DNA from: an uncultured Chloroflexia bacterium
GTDB taxonomy: Bacteria; Chloroflexota; Limnocylindria; Limnocylindrales; CSP1-4
DNA: 64,000 nucleotides
Assembly (NCBI GenBank): GCA_963748625.1
Contig: CAVVJT010000010.1
Coordinates: 928,001-992,000 of the forward strand
Reading direction: 5' to 3'
The translations under genes and the position numbers were made by a program. Below are positions 42,330 to 52,647 of the stretch, in pieces. The notes beneath the pieces were generated by a model that was not told the origin of the DNA, did no database searches, and saw only the letters and a list, made by a program, of their open reading frames with translations. Positions within the stretch are counted from its first letter, which is position 1, and every line of letters starts with the position of its first letter.

Positions 42330-43390
42330 GGCCGGCGCTCCAGCAGCGCCTGGTCCAGGGTCACGGGCTCGAAGCGGCCACTGCGCATGGAACGGTAGGC
42401 GGCATCGAGGATCCCGTTGACGATGTAGCCGTCGCGGAAGGTCTCCTGGGGTTCACGCCCGTCGGTGTACGCCCCGATCACGTCGGCCATCATCAGGTCG
42501 TGGCCGTGGACACGGACCTCGTCCGGGACCGGGAAGAGCCAGCCGGTCTCGGCGTCCGCCTTCTCCACCACGTAGCCGGCCGGGCGCTCCACGAACGCCT
42601 TGAGCGAGCCGACGGAGATGTCGGTGATGAGGCGGCCGGCATCCCCGTAGGCCTCGAAGCGCCCCTCGAGGCCGCCCTTGGAGGTCCACGACACATCCAC
42701 GGTGGCCGCCCGCCCGTCGGCGAAGCGCATGACCATCACCGCGTTGTCCTCGCCGGTGGTCTTCGCGCCGTGGACCAGGGTGGCGCCCCAGGCGAAGACG
42801 TCGGTGACGACGGCATCCTTGCCGAACAGGAAGCGGACGTACTCCGCACCGTGGCTGGCCATGTCGAGCAGGGCGCCGCCGCCCGCCAGCTCGGCGTTCC
42901 AGAAGTGCGGCGCGTGCGGCCCGCTGTGGCCCTCGCGGGCGCGGGCCGTGGTCAGCGTGCCGATGGCGCCGGCCTGGACCATGTCCCGCATGCGGAGCAG
43001 GTCCGGGTTGAAGATCACGTTCTCGAGGTACGCGTTGAAGACGCCGGCCTCGTCGACCGCCCGGAGCATGTCCTCGGCCTCGGCGGCGTTGCGGCCCAGG
43101 GGCTTCGTGCAAGCCACGCCCTTGCCGGCCTTCGCCAGCGCGATCACCGCGTCGCGATGGAGGTGGTTGGGCACCGACACGATGACGAGATCCACGTCGT
43201 CGGCGGCGCACAGCTCCTCGAGCGACGCCACGGGCCGGCAGCCGAACCGCGCGGCGTAGGCGTTCCGGCGCTCCTCGCTCGCGTCGCAGCCGACGGTGAG
43301 AACGGCCTCGCGGACGTAGCGCAGGCCCAGGGCGTGGAACTCGCCGATGAACCCGCAGCCGAGCATGCCGATGCGCACAGGGTTGGCCAT
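42326..43390 (-). CDS. Gfo/Idh/MocA oxidoreductase
   Basis: GMLGCGFIG, PNHLH, CTKP, GGGALLDMASH. Confidence 0.9.
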   Translation of the reverse strand: MANPVRIGMLGCGFIGEFHALGLRYVREAVLTVGCDASEERRNAYAARFGCRPVASLEELCAADDVDLVIVSVPNHLHRDAVIALAKAGKGVACTKPLGRNAAEAEDMLRAVDEAGVFNAYLENVIFNPDLLRMRDMVQAGAIGTLTTARAREGHSGPHAPHFWNAELAGGGALLDMASHGAEYVRFLFGKDAVVTDVFAWGATLVHGAKTTGEDNAVMVMRFADGRAATVDVSWTSKGGLEGRFEAYGDAGRLITDISVGSLKAFVERPAGYVVEKADAETGWLFPVPDEVRVHGHDLMMADVIGAYTDGREPQETFRDGYIVNGILDAAYRSMRSGRFEPVTLDQALLERRP

Positions 43391-43391
43391 G

Positions 43392-44129
43392 TCAGTACCC
43401 CATCGCGTCTGCGGGGGCGTTGGCGGGCGCGTCGCCTGCCTTGCGGGCGCGGAAGTCCAGGATGATCGCCTCGGTCGCGGTCGCGCCGATGCGCGTCACC
43501 CCCAGGTTCATCACGTCGATCAGCGCGTCCAGCGTGCGCACGCCGCCCGCAGCCTTCACCTGGATGTGCGGGCTGGTGTTCGCCCGCATCAGGCGCAGGT
43601 CGTCGTGGGTGGCGCCGGACGGAGCGAAGCCGGTGCTCGTCTTGACGAAGTCGCCACCGGCGGCCTCGGTGAGCCGGCAGGCGCGGATCTTCTCGTCGTC
43701 AGTGAGGTACGCGTTCTCGAAGATCACCTTGACGATGGCTCCCCCCGCGTGCGCGATCTCGCAGATCGCCCGGATGTCGTCCTCGACATCCTGGTCACGG
43801 CCGCTCTTGAGCGCCGCGATCTGGATGACCATGTCCAGCTCGACCGCCCCGGCGCGCAGCGCGTGGACGGCCTCCATCATCTTGATCTCGGTCTCGTGGT
43901 TGCCGTGCGGGAAGCCGATGGTGGTGCCCACCTTGACGTCGGTCCCCTCGAGGATGCGGCGGGCCCGGATGACATCCACGGGCCGGACGCAGACCGACGC
44001 GACGTCGTACTTCGCGGCCAGCTCGCAGCCGGCCTCGACGAACGCGTCGTCCAGCTCGGGCCGGAGCAGGCTGTGGTCGATGGTCTTGGCGATGTCGCGT
44101 TCCGTCAGGTTGGCGATCGAGAGGGTCAC
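43392..44129 (-). CDS. deoC: Deoxyribose-phosphate aldolase-like class I aldolase
   Basis: IDHSLL, IGFPHG, ELDMV, KVIFE, FVKTSTG, VKAAGGVR, RIGAT. Confidence 0.9.
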   Translation of the reverse strand: MTLSIANLTERDIAKTIDHSLLRPELDDAFVEAGCELAAKYDVASVCVRPVDVIRARRILEGTDVKVGTTIGFPHGNHETEIKMMEAVHALRAGAVELDMVIQIAALKSGRDQDVEDDIRAICEIAHAGGAIVKVIFENAYLTDDEKIRACRLTEAAGGDFVKTSTGFAPSGATHDDLRLMRANTSPHIQVKAAGGVRTLDALIDVMNLGVTRIGATATEAIILDFRARKAGDAPANAPADAMGY

Positions 44130-44190
44130 TGGGGTCCTCGATAATCGATTAGCGATGGTAGGGACCCCGGCTTCCCGGCGTCAACCCTGC

Positions 44191-45105
44191 TCAATGGCAG
44201 TACGGACGCAGGACGTCGCGCGCGATGAGGAAGCCCTGCTTGACCTTCTCGTCGGTGCCTTCGAAGCGACGGTCCTCGTGCTCGATGATGCAGTCGCCCT
44301 CGAAGCCCTGGCGGTACAGCTCGCCGTGGACGATCCCCCAGTCCACCTCGCCAAGGCCAGGGATGCGCGGGATCTGCCAGCCCATCCCCATGCTGAACAC
44401 GCCGCGCTCGTAGAGGCCGTCGCGGTCGATCATCAGGTCCTTGGCCTGGTAGTGGAGGACGTGCTTCCCGAACTCCTTGAGGAACCGCTGCATGTCGATC
44501 ATCTGCAGGATGAGGTGGCTCGGATCGAAGTTGAGCCCGATCGTGTCGCCCCACTGCTCGAGGATCCGGCGCCACATGCGCGGGGTGGTGGCGATGTTGT
44601 GCCCGCCCGGCCACTCGTCGTACGAGAACAGCATCGGGCAGTTCTCGAGCGTGATCTTGCGGCCGTGGTCCTGGGCGTACTTGACGATGTCGGGCCAGAC
44701 CCGCAGCGCCTCCTCCCAGTTCTGATCCTGGTTCTTCGACCCGTCGCCGCCCATGAACGTGTTCACGAGCTCGATGTCCATGAGCTCGGCCGCCTCGATC
44801 ACCCGCTTGAGGTGGCCGATGACGGACTCGCGGTGGGCGGGATCGGGGTGCAGCGGGTTCGGGTAGAAGCCCAGGCCGGAGATCGACAGGCCCTTCGCCT
44901 CGATCTCGGCACGGATGTCCCTGGCCTGGCCGGCGGACAGGTTGGCGACGTCGATGTGGCTGGTGCCCGCGTACCGGCGCGTCGGCCCGGTGGCCTTGGG
45001 CCAGCAGGCGATCTCGAGGACCTCGAAGCCGCTGCCGGCGGCCCAGTCGGCCACCTCCATCAGTGGGGTCTCCGGGAACGGGGCGGTGAGGAAGCCGAGC
45101 TTCAT
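44191..45105 (-). CDS. Sugar phosphate isomerase/epimerase (IolE/xylose-isomerase-like TIM barrel)
   Basis: LEIACWP, LENCPM, LNFDPSH, HYQAKD, PGLGEVDW, IEHED. Confidence 0.88.
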   Translation of the reverse strand: MKLGFLTAPFPETPLMEVADWAAGSGFEVLEIACWPKATGPTRRYAGTSHIDVANLSAGQARDIRAEIEAKGLSISGLGFYPNPLHPDPAHRESVIGHLKRVIEAAELMDIELVNTFMGGDGSKNQDQNWEEALRVWPDIVKYAQDHGRKITLENCPMLFSYDEWPGGHNIATTPRMWRRILEQWGDTIGLNFDPSHLILQMIDMQRFLKEFGKHVLHYQAKDLMIDRDGLYERGVFSMGMGWQIPRIPGLGEVDWGIVHGELYRQGFEGDCIIEHEDRRFEGTDEKVKQGFLIARDVLRPYCH

Positions 45106-45164
45106 CGCGTCTGCTCCTTGGGGGCGCATGCGGTGGGGTTCACGGGGCTGTGGCGGGTCATCGG

Positions 45165-46319
45165 TCAGTGGGCGACGGTCACCCACGCGCCCGAGCGGGA
45201 GCTCTCGAGGACGGCGTCCCCGATGCGCATCTCCTCGTGGCCCGCGGCGAAGGTCGCGTAGCGGGGGTGCTCCGAGGGCCCGCCCGCGACCACGTCGGCA
45301 TAGACCGCGGTGAACACCGCGGCGAACGTGTCCGCGAAGCCCTCGACGTGGCCGCCAGGAAGGCGGGCAGCCGCGCCACCCTCCGCGTTCATGAGCGCCG
45401 GGTTCCGGAGCAGCAGCTCGTTGGGCCGGTCGCGATGACCGATCCACAGCGAGTCTGGCTGCTCCGAATCCCAGGCGACGGCGGAGGAGGAGCCGTCGAT
45501 CTGGTACTGGAGCGAGTTCTTGCGCCCGGGGCTGAGCTGGCTGATGTTCACGGAGCCGCGGGCGCCGCCCTTGTAGCGGATGAGGACCGAAGCGGTGTCC
45601 TCGGTGCGGATCTCGACCGGGATCGTGTCCTTGGCACGCTCCGTGGAGAACGTCAGGACCTCGCCCGCCGGCTTGCGGCGGATCGGGATGAAGGTGGTCA
45701 GGTCGGCCATGACAGCCTCCACCTCCAGCCCTGTCACGAAGCTGGTGAGGTCCAGCCAGTGGCTGCCGATGTCGCCCACGGCACGGAGCGTGCCGCCCTG
45801 GTCCGCCTCCAGGCGCCAGTTCCAGTCCGTGTCGAACAGGAGCCAGTCCTGGAAGTAGTGGCCGGTGACCAGGCGGACATCGCCGAGATCGCCGGTCCTG
45901 ACCATGGAGGCGACGTGCTGGTTGAGCGGGTACCAGCGGATGTTGAAGTTGACGGCGTTGACGAGGCCACGGCGCTTCGCGAGCGCGACCAGCTCCGCCG
46001 ACTCCGCGCTGGTCATCGCCAGGGGCTTCTCGCACACCACGTGGCGACCGGCGGCGAGGATCGCCTTGACCTGGGGGTGGTGGAGCTCGTTGGGGCTGGT
46101 GACGTGCACCACCTGGACATCGGGGTCCGCCAGGAGGTCCTGGAGGCTCGCATAGGCCTTGGGCAGGCCCAGTTCCTGCGCGCGCCGCGTGCCGAGCTCC
46201 AGGCTCGCGTCCAGCAGGCCCACGACGCGCACGCCGATCCGGCGCAGCGCCTCGATATGGACCGTGCCGATGAACCCGCTGCCGATCACGGCGGTGCCGA
46301 TGTCGCTGCGGCGCGTCAT
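45165..46319 (-). CDS. Gfo/Idh/MocA oxidoreductase
   Basis: IGSGFIG, VCEKP, QDWL, WNWR, GDIGSHW, GHVEGF. Confidence 0.9.
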   Translation of the reverse strand: MTRRSDIGTAVIGSGFIGTVHIEALRRIGVRVVGLLDASLELGTRRAQELGLPKAYASLQDLLADPDVQVVHVTSPNELHHPQVKAILAAGRHVVCEKPLAMTSAESAELVALAKRRGLVNAVNFNIRWYPLNQHVASMVRTGDLGDVRLVTGHYFQDWLLFDTDWNWRLEADQGGTLRAVGDIGSHWLDLTSFVTGLEVEAVMADLTTFIPIRRKPAGEVLTFSTERAKDTIPVEIRTEDTASVLIRYKGGARGSVNISQLSPGRKNSLQYQIDGSSSAVAWDSEQPDSLWIGHRDRPNELLLRNPALMNAEGGAAARLPGGHVEGFADTFAAVFTAVYADVVAGGPSEHPRYATFAAGHEEMRIGDAVLESSRSGAWVTVAH

Positions 46320-46475
46320 GACCTGGCTCCTCCTGCTGGCCTGGCGGTCTGTCCCCGACCGGCAACCAGTCTATACAGCTAGACGGATCGATGATCCGCA
46401 TCGTTGGCCACGGCAGGCCCGGCGCTGGCCGTTGTGCGGGCAGCGGGCCGCAGAGTTCGTGCTGTCATCATGCTA

Positions 46476-46498
46476 CTTCTGCCTGTCAACTGCAAAAG
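46476..46498. promoter_or_regulatory. Candidate operator for the ROK regulator
   Basis: Imperfect palindrome CTTCTGC-N9-GCAAAAG between the divergent catabolic operon and the ROK regulator. Confidence 0.4.
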
Positions 46499-46537
46499 CG
46501 CGTGCGGAACGCCTTCCGGACGTGTAGCATCCGCGCC

Positions 46538-47845
46538 GTGGACGACCGATCCGCAACCATCCACGCACCGGAGCCGGCACCGCTCCCCGACGAGGCGCTC
46601 GACGCGCTGGTCGCGGTGCTGGACGGCATCCGCCTGGGGCATGCCCGCTCGCGAGCCGATCTTGTGGCGGCGACCGGCCTGTCACGGGGTATCGTCGCCC
46701 AGCGCGTCGGCGAGCTGCTGGACCGGGGCCTGATCACCGAGGGGGACGTCGGGCCGTCCACCGGCGGACGACCACCCCGCCAGCTCGCGTTCCGAGGCGA
46801 CGCCGGCCACGTGCTGGTCGCGGACCTGGGGGCCACGTCCATCGACGTGGCCGTCACCACGCTCGATGGCCGGATTCTCGCCCACATCGACGAGCCCGCC
46901 GACATCGCCTCCGGGCCGGGTCCCGTCCTCGACCGGGTGGACGAGCTGTTCGCGGAGCTGCAGGCGCCGCGGCGGCGGCTGCCGGGACGCCTCTGGGGCG
47001 TGGGCATCGGGGTGCCGGGGCCGGTGGAGTTCCAGACCGGCCGGCCGATCTTCCCCTCGATCATGCCCGGCTGGGACGGCTACCCGGTGCGCGAGCGGTT
47101 CGCCGCCCGGAACGCGGCGCCGGTCTGGGTGGACAACGACGTCAACGTGCTCGCCCTGGGTGAGTGGCGGTCGGGGGTGGCGGCGGGCCACGACAACGTG
47201 ATCGTGGTCAAGATCGGGACCGGCATCGGCGCCGGGATCATCTCCGACGGCCGCCTCCATCGCGGCGCGCAGGGGTCCGCCGGGGACGTGGGCCACATCC
47301 ACGTGACGGATGACCGGTCGGTGGTCTGCCGCTGCGGCAATACCGGCTGCCTCGAGGCCCTGGCCGGGGGTGAGGCGATCGGGCGGAACGGGGAGGCGGC
47401 CGCACGGGCCGGCCGGTCGGCGCGCCTGGCCGCCGTGCTTGATGCCCGGAGTGTCATCACGGCCGAGGACGTCGCCCGGGCGGCCTCCTTCGGCGATCCG
47501 GTCGCGGTGGAGCTGCTCCAGGGGGCCGGGCGGCGCATCGGGCTGATGCTGGCGAGCGTGGTGAACTTCTTCAATCCGTCGCTGGTGGTGATCGGCGGCG
47601 GCGTGGCCCAGTCCGGCGACCTGCTGCTGGCGGCGGTCCGCGAGGTGGTCTACGGGCGCGGCCTGCCACTCGCGACGCGGGACCTGCTGATCCAGCGCTC
47701 GTCGCTGGGGTCGCTGGCGGGGGTGATCGGCGCATCGGCGATGGTGGTGGACCAGCTCTTCAGCCGCGAATCGCTGGCGCGCTGGGTCGAGGCCGGGGCT
47801 CCGGCAGGCATGGCCGAGGTGGCGGGCGCCGGTCGGGGAAGTTGA
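46538..47845 (+). CDS. ROK-family transcriptional regulator (NagC/XylR-like)
   Basis: N-terminal HTH SRADL..TGLS..GGRP plus ROK domain (DLGATS, DNDVN, GTGIG, GDVGH, CRCGNTGCLE). TAGCAT 7 nt before GTG. Confidence 0.92.
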   Translation: MDDRSATIHAPEPAPLPDEALDALVAVLDGIRLGHARSRADLVAATGLSRGIVAQRVGELLDRGLITEGDVGPSTGGRPPRQLAFRGDAGHVLVADLGATSIDVAVTTLDGRILAHIDEPADIASGPGPVLDRVDELFAELQAPRRRLPGRLWGVGIGVPGPVEFQTGRPIFPSIMPGWDGYPVRERFAARNAAPVWVDNDVNVLALGEWRSGVAAGHDNVIVVKIGTGIGAGIISDGRLHRGAQGSAGDVGHIHVTDDRSVVCRCGNTGCLEALAGGEAIGRNGEAAARAGRSARLAAVLDARSVITAEDVARAASFGDPVAVELLQGAGRRIGLMLASVVNFFNPSLVVIGGGVAQSGDLLLAAVREVVYGRGLPLATRDLLIQRSSLGSLAGVIGASAMVVDQLFSRESLARWVEAGAPAGMAEVAGAGRGS

Positions 47846-47867
47846 GCGACCCCTCCCGTCGGAGCGG

Positions 47868-48101
47868 CTAGCCCTCGCCCATCACGCGCCGGTAGGCGGT
47901 GCCCACGGCGACCAGCGCCGCCGATGTCAGGAGACCGAAGGCCACCGCCACGAGGCCGACCCACGTCATCGTCCCGTGGACCAGCGACATGACGAGCCAC
48001 AGGGTCCAGAGCGAGAACATCATGAACCCGGCGGGCATCACCGCCCGCAGGGCGAGGCGCTGCCACCGGCCAGGCGTTGGGCGCGGTTCTTGCGTGTTCA
48101 T
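47868..48101 (-). CDS. Small two-TM hypothetical protein
   Basis: Hydrophobic 77-aa ORF with an AGGAG RBS. Confidence 0.6.
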   Translation of the reverse strand: MNTQEPRPTPGRWQRLALRAVMPAGFMMFSLWTLWLVMSLVHGTMTWVGLVAVAFGLLTSAALVAVGTAYRRVMGEG

Positions 48102-48114
48102 GTGCGCTGGACTC

Positions 48115-48348
48115 CTAGGCGTCGTTGAGCCGGCCCCGATCGACGCCCTCGTAGCTGGTCATTGAGGAGCCGTTCGGCGGCTGCTGGGTCTTCGTCGTCA
48201 GTACGGCGCGCTTATGGGCCTGGTCGCCGTCCCGATGCCCGTCGACGTCGGGCGCAGGTCCCTCGTTGCCGACGCCACCATCGGGCAGCAGATCGACCAG
48301 GGCATCGAGCGCTTTGCGGATCGGGCCCGGCTCGTCGTCCGTCGTCAC
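48115..48348 (-). CDS. Small hypothetical protein
   Basis: GTG 48348 with a GGGGG RBS-like tract; VTTDDEPGPIRKALDALVDLL..; typical codon bias. Confidence 0.5.
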   Translation of the reverse strand: MTTDDEPGPIRKALDALVDLLPDGGVGNEGPAPDVDGHRDGDQAHKRAVLTTKTQQPPNGSSMTSYEGVDRGRLNDA

Positions 48349-48449
48349 GTGGATCCCCCGTTGGCATGCGGAATTGGGACGCCCGACCAGTATCGCCCCT
48401 GCCGCAAAGCTGATCGTTCCATGCCGCCCGCCCGGGTTCGGCACGCGTC

Positions 48450-48562
48450 CGCCCCACGTGTGGGGCGTTTCGGCGCCCGCCGAGCACGCGCCGGGTGCGA
48501 AACGTCGACTTTCGCGCGCACACGCCGCACGGGGTGGCCGGATTCGCCCCCCACGTGGGGCG
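48450..48562. mobile_element. Non-coding element with terminal inverted repeats (MITE/REP-like)
   Basis: CGCCCCACGTGTGGGGCGTTTCGG versus CCGGATTCGCCCCCCACGTGGGGCG; each arm is itself palindromic. Confidence 0.5.
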
Positions 48563-48602
48563 AGGGGCGGGGTTCCGGGCAACGGGGCGGCACCGCCAGA
48601 CC

Positions 48603-49341
48603 CTATCCCCGCCGCAGGAGCGCCGCCGCCGCCTCGTCCGCGAACACGACCAGGCGCGGGTGCCGCCGCAGGTACGACGCGGGACAGTCCGGCCCTTCGG
48701 GCTCCTCGAGCGCGCGCCGCAGGATGGACGCCTTCCGCTCGCCGGTGGCCAGCAGCCAGACCTCTCGCGCCTCCAGGAGCCGCGAGAGCCCCACCGTGAT
48801 CCCAGCCGTCGGGGTACGCGCAGCGCCATACCGGGACGTCGCCGCCTCCCGCGAGGACGACCGCGAGCCGGACCAGGCGCGTCCCGTCGTCCGGCCGCGA
48901 ACCCGGCTCGTTGAAGCCCACGTGCCCGTTCATCCCGATCCCGAGCACGGCCAGGTCCAGCCCTTCGGCCACCACCGCGTCGTGGGCCGCAGCCGCTGCC
49001 TCGGGGTCGGGCCCGTCCACGTCGATCGGCACGAACCGCCCGAGGCGACCCGAGAGCTGGCCCAGGAGCTCGTCGCGCAGACGGGCGTCGCACCGCGCGG
49101 GGTCGCCCGGGGGCAGCCCCACCCACTCGTCGAGCAGCACGATCGTGGCGCCAGCCAGCTTCACCTCGCCGCGCCACTCGGCAGCGACGAGCTCCGCGTA
49201 CAGCGGCGTCGGCGTGTCGCCCGTGGGCAGGCAGACCCGGAGGTCGGGGCGTGCCTCGACACGAGCGGTGAACCATTCGGCCACGACGCGCGCCCAGTCA
49301 TCGGCCGGCAGGACCTCCAGCCGGTACGCGGGACCCGTCAC
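48603..49341 (-). CDS. nagB: Glucosamine-6-phosphate deaminase/6-phosphogluconolactonase family protein; +1 frameshift at ~48861
   Basis: LPTGDTP, LDEWVG, LGIGMNGHVGFNEP, then GITVGL..LLATGERKA..PASYL..DEAAA in the next frame. Confidence 0.82.
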
Positions 49342-49354
49342 GGGCGTCGCGCTC

Positions 49355-50545
49355 CTATCCGACGATCCGGTCGACGTAGTCGCCGTCCCTGGTCTTGAGG
49401 ATGAGCTTGAAGCGCCCGTCGGGCAGCAGCTCGCGCTTGATCACGGTGTCGCCCTCGAACAACTCAGGCTTCACCTCGATCCGCGGGGTCGTGCCGCCGC
49501 GCCAGTCGAGGTCCACCGGCTCCCACTGGCGGCTCTTCGCCGAGCGGTAGGCGGCGTCCATGACGGCATTCACAACGTACCCGTCGTACAGCGTCTCCTG
49601 GGGCGTGCCGCCGTTGTCGATGGCGTTGAACATGTCGGTGAACATGTCGACGTAGCCCAACTCGGACACCTCGTCGCCCACGGGGAACAGCCAGCCGGCC
49701 GCGGTCTCGGCCTTCTCGGCCACGTAGCCCGCGGACCCGCCCGCCGTGAACATCTCCATGCCCGTGCGCAGGAAGTGGTTCAGCCAGATCGTGCCGTGGG
49801 TGCCGGCGACCTCGTCGCGCAGGTCCATCCCGCCGCGGAACGTCCAGCTCACCTCGAACTGGCCGATGGCACCCGACTCGAACCGGATCAGCGCAATCGC
49901 GTTGTCCTCGTCGTCGATCGGGTGGACGAAGGTGTCCGTGGTGCACATGACCTCGACCGGCCGGTTCCCTTTGCCGACGAAGTTGCGGATGATCTCGATG
50001 CAGTGGCAGCCGAGGTCGATGATCGGGCCGCCGCCGGTGAGCCGGCCGTCCCAGAACCACGCGCTGTGCGGACCCGGATGGGTCTCGCGGGAGCGGACCC
50101 AGGTGACCTCACCCAGGGCGCCGTCCTTCACTGACTGGATCGCCTTGAGGGTCTTGGGCGTGTAGCAGAGGTCCTCGAGGTAGCCGCCGAAGACGCCCGC
50201 GGCTTCGACCGCTTCGAGCATCCGCTTCGCCTCGGCCGCCGTCCGGCCCAGCGGCTTCGTCACGAGCACGGCCTTGCCGGCTGCCGCGACGGCCTTGACC
50301 GCCTCCTCGTGGAGGTGGTTCGGGAGCGCGACCACCACGACGTCCGTCTCAGGGTGGCGGATCGCCGCCTCCATGTCCGTCGTGAACTCCGGGATCCCCC
50401 ACCGCTCGCTGAACGCCCTGCCGCGACCCTCCGAGCGCGAGTACACCACCCGCACCCGGTCCCGGCCTCGCTGGCCGTGGAGGGTCATCGTGTAGAAGTC
50501 GCCGATGAGGCCGGTGCCCAGCAAGGTGATCGCGTGGTTCTGCAT
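49355..50545 (-). CDS. Gfo/Idh/MocA oxidoreductase (paralogue of 42326-43390)
   Basis: [45 protein letters not shown] shared with the paralogue. Confidence 0.9.
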   Translation of the reverse strand: MQNHAITLLGTGLIGDFYTMTLHGQRGRDRVRVVYSRSEGRGRAFSERWGIPEFTTDMEAAIRHPETDVVVVALPNHLHEEAVKAVAAAGKAVLVTKPLGRTAAEAKRMLEAVEAAGVFGGYLEDLCYTPKTLKAIQSVKDGALGEVTWVRSRETHPGPHSAWFWDGRLTGGGPIIDLGCHCIEIIRNFVGKGNRPVEVMCTTDTFVHPIDDEDNAIALIRFESGAIGQFEVSWTFRGGMDLRDEVAGTHGTIWLNHFLRTGMEMFTAGGSAGYVAEKAETAAGWLFPVGDEVSELGYVDMFTDMFNAIDNGGTPQETLYDGYVVNAVMDAAYRSAKSRQWEPVDLDWRGGTTPRIEVKPELFEGDTVIKRELLPDGRFKLILKTRDGDYVDRIVG

Positions 50546-50671
50546 GTCCGCTCGCTCCAGGTTGGTGGGATGCCCGGATTCTAGGGTCCCCGGGCGGTCG
50601 CCGGGAGCGCCGGATGAATCAGCCTGTGGTCGATCAAACGGGCGCCGGATGGATCAGGCAGCGCCGGATGA

Positions 50672-51199
50672 TCAGCCCGCGCCCGGCTCCATCGCGGGCA
50701 GCGGCGGCCACTCCGTCGTCGTCATCACCTCCACGCCATCGAGGCGTTCGGTCCGACTCACGAGGTCCCGGTTCACGAGAACCACGTCTCGCGCGATCGG
50801 ACTCTGATCGCCGCCATGGACGTCGACGGTGGCATCGGTGACAGGCACGAACCGCGTCCAGCCCGCCAGCGCGGCGAGCGGCTGCGCCACCGGCGACCGG
50901 TGCAGGCTGCCGCGGACCGTGTACGGGCCGACCTGCAGCACCACAGGTTCCTTGAGGGTCCGCAGCCGACGGCCGGGATCACCACGCCGGCCCGTGACCT
51001 CGATGACGTGCAGCTCGCGCCGCTCGACCTCGACCTCGTCGAGGCGCATCTCGCGACCATCCTCCAGGGCGGCGAGCGTCGCGTCGAAGAAGGTCAGGAG
51101 CTCGAGATCGTTGACCCGGTCGCTCAGCCGGCCTTCACCGAGCTCGACCTCACCGCGGACCTGGCAGTCCCCCGCCCATGCGACAAGCTGCTCACGCAT
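50672..51199 (-). CDS. Hypothetical protein with an internally duplicated small beta domain
   Basis: VRGEVEL..LTFFDAT..VEVERREL and VRGSLHR..VPVTDAT..VLVNRDLV. GAGG RBS. Confidence 0.7.
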   Translation of the reverse strand: MREQLVAWAGDCQVRGEVELGEGRLSDRVNDLELLTFFDATLAALEDGREMRLDEVEVERRELHVIEVTGRRGDPGRRLRTLKEPVVLQVGPYTVRGSLHRSPVAQPLAALAGWTRFVPVTDATVDVHGGDQSPIARDVVLVNRDLVSRTERLDGVEVMTTTEWPPLPAMEPGAG

Positions 51200-51310
51200 C
51201 GGTGCCTCGTTTCCCACCCGTCGGCGCCGGGCACTCCCGACCCCATTCCCACTACGCGGAGCATAGACGTGTCACGCGCATGGCGCAGCGCGCGCTGCGC
51301 CAGCCCGCGA

Positions 51311-51390
51311 CCCGGCGGGTGGCCGTGGGGCCCGGCGGGTAGCCGTGGCATCCGGCGGGTAGCCGTGGCATCCGGCGCCAGCCGTGGGAC
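51311..51390. repeat. ~20-bp tandem repeat x4 (CCGGCGGGTAGCCGTGGCAT consensus)
   Basis: Units at 51311, 51331, 51351 and 51371. Confidence 0.8.
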
Positions 51391-51421
51391 GCTGCACCAG
51401 ACACCGGAACGGAGGCACCGT

Positions 51422-52561
51422 TCAGGGGATCGCGGCCGCGGCCTGTTCGGCGAGCGCATCGCTGGCGGTGGTGATGACGTAGACCACGTCACCCTTGGCG
51501 CGGACCCAGTCCTTCGTCCCGTCGTCGCCGTAGTCGAGCAGGACCCACTCGTCCCCGGCGAGCGTGACCGTGGTGCGGTTCACGCCCGCACCCGACGCCG
51601 CCAGCCACGAGTCGAGCACCAGGTCCTGGACCTTGGCGAGATCCATCCCGTCGACGGCCATGGCCAGGATCGACAGGTCGGACTCGCCGGTCTCGTCATA
51701 CGCCTGGGCGACCTGGAGGGCGTCCGCATCCAAGCCCTCTGTACGCAGGGCGGCCAGGATCGCGCGGCTGCCCTGGTCCTCACCCAGGATCGTGGAGCCG
51801 GTGGCGCTGTCGGCAACAAGCACGACGTCCCCTACGGCGGCCGGCAGCGCAGCCTCGAGCCCCGGGACGACCGGACTCTCGACGGCCGCCTCCTCGGAGG
51901 GATCGGGCTCGAGCGAGTCGAGCGGAACCTCGGTGGCATCCGGGACGGGCGTGGCAGCCGCGATCGTCCCGCCGTCCCCGCCGAGGGCCTTGTCGAAGGC
52001 CGAGGCCAGCTGGTCCACCTCCCGCGCGGTGGCATCCGCGGAGGCCGCGAGGTAGACGACGATCGGGCCGTGGCGCAGTTGGAGGAACACCGATCCGGTG
52101 TCGTCGGTGCTGCTGTAGGCCTGCTCGCCGAGGTCGGGGCGCTCCACCACGGTCTGGCCGGCGGCCACAGCCGCCTGCTGCGAGAGCGTGACGGACTCGG
52201 CTGCATCCGCGCCGAAGCAGGTGATCGTCGCGTAGGTGACACCCTGTGCGCCGGTCTCGTCGTCCACGATCGGGCCGAGGAGCGACATCGTCTTGCGCTC
52301 CAGGTCGTACTGCTGGGCCGTGATCGCCCAGTCGGCCGGGAGGTCGGCGTCGGCGGGCGTCGTGGCCCACGCCTGCTGCTGGCACTCCGGTGCGCCCTGG
52401 GCGAAGAAGCCCCAAGCGGCCAGGCCGAGCGCGACGGCGGCGATCAGCATCGCGACGAGCGCGATGACACGGGAAGTCCCGACGCTGTCGGCGAGGGCCC
52501 GCTCCTCGCTGCGCTGGGTTGCCGGGGCGGGCGCCGGTCTCGGAGTCTGAGGCGTGGTCAT
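51422..52561 (-). CDS. Hypothetical membrane-anchored extracytoplasmic acidic protein
   Basis: N-terminal TM (VIALVAMLIAAVALGLAAWGFF) and two domains joined by a P/E/T linker. CATGCT 7 nt before ATG. Confidence 0.75.
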   Translation of the reverse strand: MTTPQTPRPAPAPATQRSEERALADSVGTSRVIALVAMLIAAVALGLAAWGFFAQGAPECQQQAWATTPADADLPADWAITAQQYDLERKTMSLLGPIVDDETGAQGVTYATITCFGADAAESVTLSQQAAVAAGQTVVERPDLGEQAYSSTDDTGSVFLQLRHGPIVVYLAASADATAREVDQLASAFDKALGGDGGTIAAATPVPDATEVPLDSLEPDPSEEAAVESPVVPGLEAALPAAVGDVVLVADSATGSTILGEDQGSRAILAALRTEGLDADALQVAQAYDETGESDLSILAMAVDGMDLAKVQDLVLDSWLAASGAGVNRTTVTLAGDEWVLLDYGDDGTKDWVRAKGDVVYVITTASDALAEQAAAAIP

Positions 52562-52647
52562 GCGTGCAAGCATGCCCTGCCTGCGCCGGACGTGCCCCGG
52601 GAGCGTCGGGCGTGAGGTCCGCCGCCCGGCGCACCTGATTCCGGATC

